Assembly: GCA_043228905.1 (NCBI GenBank)
Contig: JBHGNT010000015.1
Span: forward strand, 2,418,001 to 2,482,000
Direction of reading: 5' to 3'
Source of the DNA: Azolla caroliniana
Lineage: Eukaryota; Plantae; Polypodiophyta
DNA: 64,000 nucleotides
Shown here: piece after piece, positions 1 to 9,870 of the stretch
How positions within the stretch are numbered: the first letter of the stretch is position 1
Layout: each line of letters starts with the position of its first letter
Position numbers and translations under genes: made by a program
Notes under the pieces: model-generated
Databases searched by the model: none
Seen by the model: only the letters and a program-made list of their open reading frames with translations
Told to the model about the DNA's origin: nothing

Positions 1-121
1 CCTTTCCTTTATTTCTGTTTTATACTTCACAGTTGTTCTCATTCTTGGTTTAATTCAACCTTACATTAAAAGGAACAAACACAGTGCAAAAACTGTTTCT
101 ATGCCTAAATAAACTATTTAC

Positions 122-1472
122 CTCTGAACCATACTGCTTGTATTCCTCCTTTGAGACCAATTCCACATGGGCACCAACCATCCTCTCAACAAGTAGATTA
201 CCCATCAGACCAGGGTCTTCCTCAACCAAAGACTGCAGTCCCAGAAACAGATATAAGAATACATATATGTTAATCACAAAATGAACACTGTGAACTACAT
301 CGCTATTTTGCTTTTTACACTTTAAATTGAACCTACTCTGTTTGTTCGAAGAATGAGGTAGCAATCGAGGTTCAGATATCGTGCTGCCACGGCAGTTGCT
401 CGGCAATGATTACTCTGAATCCCTCCTAGGGTAATGACACAGTCAGCACCCTCTGCTTTGGCTGCTGCCATGAGAAACTCAAGTTTCCGGACTTTATTGC
501 CACTAAGTTGCATTCCTGTCAAGTCATCTCTCTACAATCAAGGTAGGTAAGTCTACCTCTTTCCAATGTTGTGCATATATTCCAACAAAACAGTGCTCAC
601 CTTTATCCATAACTCAGTACTCTCTGGCAAGTTTGGTAATTCCCACCGGTGTATTGGTGTAGGGAACTGCAATATAAATAATAATTGAGGCTGAAATATC
701 TTATCAATCACCTATGGTGTATAAATAGTCATAAATCTAATTGTTCCAGCTTAAATATCATGCTTCACTCATAACTTTTCTGTTGTTCATTTGCTGCCAC
801 AATAACATTCCAGAGAATGTTGCAACCAGGTGAAAAGAACATACAGAGAATACTTTTGCTAAAGAAGACAGAAAATGCTGTGTCATTTATTAACACATGT
901 ATTGAGACTAACCTAAAGTGAGTGTTCTTTTCCCAATCAGACACTTTTCTCTCCTTCTACCAATGTAGTGTGAATCCATCCAGCCTTTAGAAAAGGTTAT
1001 TAGGTAGCTTCATCAGTAAAAGGGAAACAAGGGAGTTGCTAATCACATCTACATAAAGTACATTTATAAAAGAGAGAGAGTATGATTGCCAAGAGTAGGC
1101 ACAGAATGGGGTTTCAATCATCTTTCAGGATATTTACAATCAAACAAAGTTTGATGGAGCTGAACTCATCGTAGACAGCTTCAAAGTGATAATATTATTG
1201 TACAAACATGTGTTCATGTATACCCAACAGACATATCAAAGTGCAACATCACAATGTCGAAGTGTGCATCCTAACTACCATAGTTGCAGGAAAGGACCAT
1301 TCCTCAAAACAATTTAAATATTTTCAAAAAACAAGAAAAACAGAAATTCTTTTCCAATAACATAAATTTGCTTAATTTTTGCTTTTCTTCTTTTTTTCCT
1401 GTTGACCAAAACCTTAACTTCACCAGAATCATCTACATATTGAACACATACCTGGCACCATAGAAACACCCC

Positions 1473-1503
<31 letters not shown>

Positions 1504-1740
1504 AAAAAAAAAAGACGACCTTTTCAACATGAAAGGGGGTAAATGGAGACGAAGGGGAGAGAAGTGACTTACTTGCCCAAGGGAGACAAAACTGGTGGGG
1601 AGATGGAGGTGAGAGGCCCATGAAGGGGGAGAGTAGGGAGCCTCCTGAAGCATGGGTGGTCTCTTCCTCTGAACAGAAGCAGGGCTTTCCATAGCTGCTA
1701 CAGTGAATGATGATGCATTGGGCAATGGCAACAGAGCCAT
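122..1740 (-). CDS. DCD: D-cysteine desulfhydrase (PLP-dependent, ACC deaminase/D-CDes family), first 4 exons; gene continues past the left edge
   Basis: Exons 1740-1573, 666-601, 531-337 and 232-122 join through GT-AG introns to give ...[12 protein letters not shown]...[14 protein letters not shown]...[24 protein letters not shown]...[18 protein letters not shown]...[23 protein letters not shown] is the PLP-lysine motif of this family. Confidence 0.93.
1469..1513. repeat. C25 followed by A20 homopolymers in intron 1 of DCD
   Basis: Read directly from the sequence. Confidence 0.9.
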
Positions 1741-2054
1741 GTCTCTTTCTCTGTGTGTGTGTGTGTGTGTGTTTGTGGGATTAGTACTATGATGAGAGAC
1801 AAAGAATGAAAGAAGGGCCTTTTCTTTACAAATGAAATGTTGTTGTTAAATCATATGTCTTGTCCGCGGAAACTCTGATCCGATATCCGAGTCATTGATT
1901 GATGTAATGGCGAGAACTGCCGGGCACGGGATTGCCATCGGGTGGTTCATGAACTCTATATTACATAATGCCAATTTGTCACAAACCCGATCGATATAGT
2001 CCCAGCATCTACCTAGGTGACACGAGATTAATTTGATGATTTAACTGTCAACAA

Positions 2055-2760
2055 GTGAATTGTGATATATGGTCTGAATTGGGGTGAATTGTGAACTCTA
2101 CATCAGTTGGTACAATATGTTGAGTTCACAATTCACCCCATATATGTACAACTGATTGTGAATTGCCATTCCTCTAATTGGGTGGAGAGAAATGACAAAA
2201 TGGTTTGGCAATATGTACCCCCTCTCGATGGTTGTTTCCTCCATAGGTGGAGTTTGGTTTCAATTATGACTTAGTGGGGGATATACCTTTTCTCTGTTAT
2301 CTTACCCTCCCTCCACTAGATTGTATCATTATATGCTTTTGTATACACTTATTGGATTGGTAATGGAAACTATGGTGTAGTTTTGTTATAAAATTTTTGG
2401 GTGGATTGTGAGTCCTATATTCGTGGTGATATAGGGTCCAAAATTGGGTGAATCTTTAGCTCTATATCAATTGGTATTATGTCATGGTAATATAGGGTCT
2501 AAATTGGGTGAATCGTGAGCTTTGTAACGAAGTGTCACAACAATTGATGATATGATGACTCCATCTACCAGTGCAAGATTAATTGGATGAACTCTAACCG
2601 AGCATCACACCATCGATTTACCTAGAAACACAAGTGGTGACATGGGATTTAATCGGGGCAAATAATGACCTCTAATTATGTATGAAAACATCCACTAAAG
2701 AAGTGACAACACTTTGTGATGCGCGATGAATCGGGTGAATTGTGAACACTCACAATTTTT
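2055..2760. repeat. Degenerate GGGTGAATTGTGAACTC motif cluster including a 19-bp perfect inverted repeat; possible DNA-transposon/MITE relic
   Basis: Motif variants at ~2055, 2081, 2400, 2446, 2506 and 2733, with an inverted copy at 2122-2140. Confidence 0.5.
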
Positions 2761-3885
2761 CGCAACATCGACTAATATAATGATGAAGTACAATGATTCA
2801 CGATCAAGAAGCCCCACAAGAGAGCATCCTAGATTGCCATGCAAATGATCCACTCTATCCATCAAAGGAATTAAGATGCCATCTAATTTTGTATGCACTC
2901 GTTTTGTCATAACCCACCCCCAACACACCCAAGGAATTAAGATGCCACCTAATAAGAGCATTATGCCAATGCTTGATCAATATCAACCAAGACTCACTAA
3001 TATGGAGCCACTTTAATGGTCGTAATAAAATCCAAAGTTGGGAAATGAATTCCCACAAGAAAATAAGTATGATTCAGAGAGGGAATAAGAAGACTTGTTT
3101 TAGGACAAAGCTTTCAAATTTTCATGTATAAAAAAAGGGAGAGTTAAAGCACACAAAGAACTTTAGAAGAGAATTCTCTTTAGGAGAAAATTTTGGAGAT
3201 TTAGTTGTTATATTAGACTATTGGTGTGTAGTGCATGTTCTAAATAAAATAAAGAGAATCATCCTTCAAAGCAGGTAGAAGACATGGCACAATACTTGCA
3301 AATTCCCTTGCTTTGAGAAAGTTCGTGGTAGATGATTTTCGATCGAAAGTGCTCACCTCGTTCAACTTCAACTATTTGATTTTCGTTATTGTTTTCTAGG
3401 AAAGTTTTGATGAAGTTTTCTCTATTCTTTCTATTTCCCTACCCTGCAAAAATTTGTGTAATTCTTTTTTGTGCCCTTTTACGATCAAATAAATCTTATC
3501 ATTGTATTTCATTAAGTAACGTTTCACACATAGGTTTTGCACGTTGAAGGTCATGTGATACTTATAGTGTATTGCTAAAAAAAAGAACTCCCTTGTGCAC
3601 TTTACAATAAAATGGTGGAAATCGTCATGCCCTAAGAGTATCGAGTAGTTTTGCACAATTTTAAGAGCAATTTAGATACAAACTAAAACTGACAATGGAT
3701 TCTCATACTACTTTTTTCCCAAGAAAGGAGCTAATTTCCTATTAGTTAGGAGAGCTTTTTTAATAGAATATACAATGGAGTGTATCTTACTAGGACCAAA
3801 TGGTCGAAACAAGGAGTGCGTAGAGATAGGCACACGACGATTAGAGGGTGCTTAAGCTAAACAAGAGAAAGTAGGCAACATACAC

Positions 3886-3889
<4 letters not shown>

Positions 3890-3939
<50 letters not shown>
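3890..3939. repeat. (GA)n microsatellite abutting the 3' end of the Penelope-like element
   Basis: Read directly from the sequence. Confidence 0.95.
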
Positions 3940-3941
<2 letters not shown>

Positions 3942-3980
3942 TTTTTAATGAGAGAGATGTTTTTAATTCAAAGAGGGTGG

Positions 3981-4035
3981 TGGTCTTAGGCAAACTAGTT
4001 TCGCTCAATAGTGGAGCTCTTCAGTGCAAAGACCA
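3981..4035 (-). ncRNA. Minimal type I hammerhead ribozyme
   Basis: Minus strand reads TGGTCTT-T-GCA CTGAAGA GCTC cactatt GAGC GAAA C-TA-G TT / TGC-CT-AAGACCA. It has the CUGANGA and GAAA core boxes, a 4-bp stem II, a palindromic ACUAGU stem III, a GUU triplet and a bulged 10-bp stem I. Confidence 0.85.
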
Positions 4036-4280
4036 TTACAACAAGAGAATGTGATTTATAAAGGGGTGGGAAGGAAGAGGGAGTGAGAGAAAAGGAGTGG
4101 GGAGGATTTGATTTGTGTAGTAGATGAGAGAGAATAGAATGTGGTGATGAGAGAGAGAGAGAGAGAGAGAGAGAAATGTGTGTAGGAAAGTGATAGGGAA
4201 TGAGAGAAGGGGAATTAGTATAATGATGATGGTGAGGGGGGAGTTTTTAATGTGATGAAAAAGGGGGATTTGGGATAATA

Positions 4281-4480
4281 TTAAGTGGGGGATGTGGGTG
4301 AATTATTTGAAAACTTAGTGTTAAGTGGGGGATTTGGGTGGATTGTTTGAAACTTTAGTCTTAAGTGGGGGATTTGGGTGGATTGTTTGAAAATTTAGTC
4401 TTAAGTGGGGGATTTTGGTGGATTGTTTGAAAACTTAGTTTTAAGTGGGGGATTTTGGTGGATTTTTTGAAAACTTAGTC
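4281..4480. repeat. 5 x 40-bp tandem repeat duplicating the last codons and stop of the PLE RT ORF
   Basis: Units TTAAGTGGGGGATTTKGGTGGATTGTTTGAAAACTTAGTC start at 4281, 4321, 4361, 4401 and 4441. The last unit encodes KTKFSKNPPKSPT*. Confidence 0.95.
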
Positions 4481-6309
4481 TTAACTAGGAGGGCATGTAA
4501 GGACTTAGATTTTGTCCAACATACGAAAGGGCGTGAGATGCTTGTAAGCTCGGGATCTAACATTAAGTCATTATAGAGATTTTTTAGAAAACTATGAATG
4601 CCTAGTTTTGGGGTATGTTTGGTGTATCTAAGTTTAAAGATTGTGGGGTTAAGGGAAGTAATAGTTTTGGGTTGATATAGGAGTGTTTTTCTAAGACTAA
4701 AAGGTATTTTCTTATAGCTTTTTAGTATAAAGGACGGAGGGTAACCACGGTTAACTAGTCTATTGAAAAAGAGTTTTTTCATTTGGTAGAAACCTAATGG
4801 GGTGCTTTCTCTAATCAGATATCTCTTCACTTCATTAGTGATAAAGTGTTGTTTCGTATGGGAAGGATGATCCGATGAAAAAGGCAAGTATTGGTATGAA
4901 TTGAGAGGTTTTTGAAAACAATTGAATAAGAAAGATGAATTTTCGAGGTTGATCCATATGTCTAAAAAAGGTAGCCGAAAGGGGGAAGTTTGAATGGTAA
5001 GCTTGATGGAGTTATTTGTGTGTAAAGGGTAAAAGTCGAGATATTCTAAAAGTTGAGATTTGGTGCCTGTCCAGACCCCAAATGCATCATCAATATAGCG
5101 GGTGAAGTAGAAGAGATGGGGAGGCGATGGTTGTAAGTTTTCGAGATATACTAAAAAGAGGCATGCATATACGACTGAAAAGTTGCTACCCATGGCCGTA
5201 CCTTTTTATTTGTTGGTAAACTACGTCATCGAAAGTGAGATAGTGATATTCTAAAATAAGGGCACTAAGGGTATAGATGAGATTTGTTTTCGAAGGGGAA
5301 AAGTGGGGGGTGATTAGACTACGTAGGGCTTGGAGTCCTAACTTAGGGGGGATACTAGAATAGAGAGATTCAACGTCAAACGTGAATAAGAAACTATTAG
5401 ATGGTGGGTGTAGGTTTTCTAGTGATTGGATTAGTGTGTGAGAGTCTTTTAGATATTGTGGTTGGAGAAGGAGGATTGGTAGAAGTTGGTGGTGTAACCA
5501 CTTCGATGTTTGTTCAAATAAGGAGTTATTATATGAACAAATGAGCCGGAAACCCATAGGTGTTTTGTGTAATTTAGGGAGGAAATAGAGGTTGGATACT
5601 TGATATCCTTTTTTGGGTTTGTGGAGGATGAAATTAGCTTCAATTGGGGAAGTGTACCTAAGTGGTTTGTTATTATGTTATTAAGGCGGTATAGTAACTC
5701 TTCCAAGGGGAAGTGGCTGACTCTCTTATAGGTGGTAGAATTCGAGAGGTGTTCTATGGCTTTGGTGTAGTATGTGTCTTTATCTAGAACACATACTCCC
5801 ATATTTTTATTGGTTGGGAGGATGATAATGTGTTTGTTGTGTTAGAGGCTTTTAAAGGCTCTAGAGGGGTGGTATGGGATTCTAGTGTTTATGGGCTTAG
5901 TGTTGTGTGCTATTTGGTTAAGGATGTGTTGGTGTTTTTCTATTATGGAGACTAGGGGTGGATATTCTGTGGGTGGCATCCAACTAGGGTTAGGTAGTTT
6001 GAAGGGGTTGAGAGGAAGTGAAGGTGTATTTCTAAAAAAATGTTTTAGCTTGAGGGATCTAGAGAGGTGGGTGAATTCTTTTAGGATATTGTTGGGTGAG
6101 GGAGGTGGGGATGGTAGGATATACTTAAGGCCTAGGTTTAGCAATTGTGTTTCATTTTTAGTGAGGTTATGTTTAGAGAGGTTATGGATTTTACTATGAA
6201 TTACTTGTGTACTAGTAAGAGGTTTCCAGAAGTTGGTTCTAGGTTTTTTATTTCGGGATTTGGGGTGTGAAAGGAAGGGAAATAGTTTTTGTTTTCCCCC
6301 AAACCACAT
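4441..6309 (-). pseudogene. PLE reverse transcriptase, frameshifted
   Basis: Motifs in order: HNLSKHNLTKNETQLLNLGLKY, IIILPTNKNMG (DKG/DKN-like), FTFDVESLYSSIP, YQQIK..MGSNFS, RYIDDAF, LPFLDI, FQKPLNSYQYLPFSSDHP, NRGYP. The ORF ends with no GIY-YIG domain. Confidence 0.9.
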
Positions 6310-7535
6310 ATATGTGTCTTGGGTGGAGGGGGATCTATTAAGTAGGTAGAATAAACGTTTGCTAGGGTGTACGACGTGTCTAAACCGTTTGTTAACGCAT
6401 TTGGCACGCCTAGCTAACCGTTTTTTGGTCTACTAGGTTGTGGGTCTCCTAGTGGTTTTGGGGGAGGACAAGGTTTTGATGTATTTTTATAGTGTTTATA
6501 GTTTTTATGTGAGGGAGTGTTAGAAGAAAAGTTGGGGGTTTTTGTGTTAGGAAGAAAGGGGGTGTGAGAATAAAAGTTGGGGGTTTTTGTATTAGGAAGA
6601 AAGGGGGGGGGGGTTAGTGTAATATGGAGGATGTGTAGGGGGGAGATGAGTTGAATATGGAGGATGTGTTGTGGGGGAATGATAAGTATAATGAGAGTGA
6701 TGTGGACTAATTAAAGGGGTATGGGTAGGGTAAGGATTTGAAAAAAGGTGGGGAAGGGCATTATGAAAATTAGATGATAATGGGGGGAGGTGTAGAGTGA
6801 TAAATGGAAGAAAATTGTGGGGGGGTTTGAATGGAATTCTTCAACATAAGGGGTGGGTGGTAGAGTAAGAATTAGACAAAAAAGGGGGAGGGGGTATCCA
6901 ATGTAATATTTAGAAAGTAAAAAGGGGGTAGGAGGAGGAGGATGGGGAACGTGTGTAGAGGAAGAGGGGAGGGGGAGAGGGGGGGGGGGGGGGGGGGAGG
7001 AGGAGGAGGGAGCTGTTTGTGCAGAGAGGTTGCGTGGGGGGCGAGAGGAGTGGGGAAGATTAGGGTTACGTAGGTGGGAGACATTGTTTTCTTCATAATA
7101 CATGTGTGGGGTTGGGAGGAGAAGGGGGCATGTATCCATGCCGCTGCCTTGTGCAGTCCCGTGCATCATGCCATGGAGGGGAGGTTGTAGATCCTATAGG
7201 CCGACTGTCATACACAGTCCGGAGCCTTACATTGGAGGGGGAGAACGGGTACGTATGATGGTTTCCGTTTCCATTTCCATAGATATGGTCGTTACCGGGT
7301 CGAAGATGGAGTGGCGGCCATGCTTGTATTGTGAATGGTACCGGTCGTGTTGGCGTTCGTTTGTGAGTGGGTGGCTGGTTCCTGTCGAATGTCGGTACTC
7401 GAGTATGTGGATCCGACATATATGGTGGATGGTGTCGCCGACGTTGGTTGTGGTATAGGGATGTGAGGGAAGTTTATTTTGGTTAATAAATGTAACCCTC
7501 GGGCCATTAAGGTTAAAGGGGGGGGACCGAAGTTC

Positions 7536-8620
7536 TTACTGACTTCGTTTGTGGCAATATTGCAGGTAAATCGGGGGAGGGAGTGATGATTGGTTGGTCC
7601 GGAGAGGCTTTTGTTGCAAAGGTTTAGGGTTAGGTTTATGGTTGGTGTTATTTTTAGGGTTAGGCTTATGGTTGGTGTTATTTTTAGGGTTATTGTTAGG
7701 GTTAGTAATAGGGTTGGTTTTAAGCTTATGATTAGTATTAGGATGTATCTTTTTAGGACCAAATGGTCGGACATGCACATCACTGTTATGTTTAGCACTA
7801 CTAGTGTTATCAGAGAGTTGTAAAGTGTGATGGACTGTTATAATAATCTTCATAGTCATTCTCTTCACTCATCTCTATATCTATTTTCTAATGTTTAACT
7901 TCTTTGACGTATCTGCAATACTTATGTGTGTTTTTTCTAAGAGTTCATTGTTTGTGAGTGATTTTTCTTTATATTTAGTAGCATTTAAATGTATGGCAGT
8001 TTCGATTGTGTGATTCATTGCAAAATCATCACATGCTTGTAAAATTTCTATAGCAAAGGTTTGTTGCCATAAATGCTAAGGTTTTCTTTAAAAGTATTAC
8101 TATTAGTATTAGAAGATATTGATTGCGAATATAAGGGCTCTTGAATGACTTCAACGATCATCTACTTATATCTAATATAACTTTATTAGGAAAATCATCC
8201 AAGTCTTTAGCATAGCTATGAGCGAGTAAGTCTAGATGTTTAATATAACATCGAGTTAGTTCTTTATTATATTGTTTAGTGATAGTAGTTAAAACTCATT
8301 ATGCATACTAATATTTAACTCCTCATGTTCTATATTCAAGTTAGGTGGTTTGGTTCTTAAGCTAGGAGGTGTAAGATCGTGTTCATTTAGGTTTAAAATA
8401 CGAGTATAAGTAGTTTTGGTTTTCTTAGAGCGTCGATAAAGGGATTTAAACTCGGCTATGATTTTAACTTTATAATCATTAAAATGTTTAGAATAAAGAG
8501 TGGCATCCGACAAAGTTACCTTGTCTTTATTTGAGTACAAGAGTTTTGGAGATATTAAAGGCGCCCTTGGTCTTTTGCTAGGGCCGTTTGTTGGCGCTTC
8601 GTCGGATTCGGAGAATACGA
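7536..8620 (-). pseudogene. Degenerate PLE ORF1/N-terminal region (basic, helical, then N/P/K-rich repeats)
   Basis: Same strand and same compositional skew as the RT. ORF pieces 8289-8540 (..RILNLNEHDLTPPSLRTKPP..) and 7536-7868 (NPKNNTNHKP repeats). Confidence 0.5.
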
Positions 8621-8734
8621 CGTCGAGTAGGGGAATTTATAGAAGCTCGTAGTCTTTTATTGGGTCGTTTGTTGGCGTTATGTGCTTTGTTGGCGTTATG
8701 CTTTGAGTCTAGGCTTCAAACTTGCCGGAAAAGT

Positions 8735-8921
8735 TATTATGTGTTGGAGAATCAATGCAACTAAAGCGATATTGATGGATGGGAACTAAAACTAGTGTTA
8801 TTTAATGCCATTGTAAGTCACCTTCGAGTCTTGCTTTATGGAATAGATGTTTGGGGTGAGGTACTATCCCTCTTCATGTAGAATGAGATTGAGAAGATTC
8901 AAAATATGTTTTTAAGGGAGA
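8735..8921 (+). mobile_element. Old LINE fragment (left part), split by the Gypsy insertion
   Basis: Reads roughly LKLVLFNAIV..LLYGIDVWG..NEIEKIQNMFLR and continues after the TSD at 27655 as RRLGVISTTSLQVMLLET. Confidence 0.7.
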
Positions 8922-9492
8922 TGTTAAGAATCTATGTATCGATGGAGTAAGCTCCTCGATAATCGTGGCGGGACTTGGACCGACGTATACCCTCTTGATG
9001 GCCAATCGGGCGGAGATGGTTGTCAGATACCTTCGAGCCTCACACTCACTCAACGATTAGCAAATGATCGTGCACGATATCTCTCTCACTCTCTCAAGCT
9101 CTCTCTCATAGACAATAGATTAATAGATATAGACAATAAAAAAGAAGAGTATGTCTATTATTAACCTCTCTTTGCTAAGAGGTCTACCACTAACAAGGAG
9201 AGAGATTAGTGTTCTCTAACTAAACACTTTAGTAATCTCTCTTAAGCTCAAAGGTTACAAGAAGGAGGAGAGGAAGCTCTAGCTCTAATCAATAGGAGAT
9301 CTTTACAAATGGGAGAACCCCCACAAAGCCACTACTATGTGGTTTATATAGCTTTCACGTTTAGGGTATGGGCCTTTCACACTTGACTGTCTCTTTGCTT
9401 TTCTTTCCTCTTGCCGTTTTCCTCTTCGTACTATGTCCTTGTTGATGCGTTCTTATTCGTGACTGGTTGTGTTGTTATTCCAACACTTAACA
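8922..9492 (-). repeat. 3' LTR of the Gypsy element (571 bp)
   Basis: TGTTAAG...CTTAACA; matches 22399-22545 plus 27250-27654. Polypurine tract (minus strand GGTTGGGGGGGA) at 9493-9504. Confidence 0.95.
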
Positions 9493-9870
9493 TCCCCCCC
9501 AACCTAATGAGTGCACACTCCCGGGTGCACTGTGGGAGTGGGAGCTTCGGGCGTCGGGGGTGAGTAGATTGAGTAGGGGGTTCGTCGGGGGTGGGTGGCG
9601 CGGAGATGATGGCGAAGACGGCGGATGTTTCAGTGGTGGTAGCCGGATTTCTTGCAGTTGGTCGGTTGTTGTGAAGAAATCTTTCTTGGGGCCGGTGAGT
9701 CAAGTGCAGGTGTTGTGGTGAGTGAAGGGAGAAGGGGGGTTTCGACTAAAGCTTATGTAAGCAGGGAAAAAACGCGTTTCGATCATGGTTTCAAAATCCG
9801 TTTGTAGGTGGCAGGGAGTATGTTGACACGGTCCAAAGGCCGACTAGTTGGCGGCGAGTTGGACCTTTGT

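Larger units (their letters stand above)
3940..8730 (-). mobile_element. Penelope-like retroelement (PLE), degenerate, apparently endonuclease-deficient
   Basis: PLE-type RT, an upstream basic/low-complexity ORF1-like region, 40-bp terminal tandem repeats and a hammerhead ribozyme. The 5' boundary is approximate and set where an older LINE fragment begins. Confidence 0.85.

Noticed and set aside
3300-3660. Possible decayed gag fragment
   Set aside because: Too degenerate to support by eye.
3787-3810. Possible second hammerhead on the + strand (GACC-AAAT-GGTC-GAAAC)
   Set aside because: The CUGANGA box is missing (CTTACTA) and no stem I or III can be built.
7621-7720. TTTAGGG/TTAGGG telomere-like words inside the PLE
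   Set aside because: They are interspersed, internal, and explained by a 30-bp coding repeat (NPKNNTNHKP). This is not a telomere array or a terminal priming tract.
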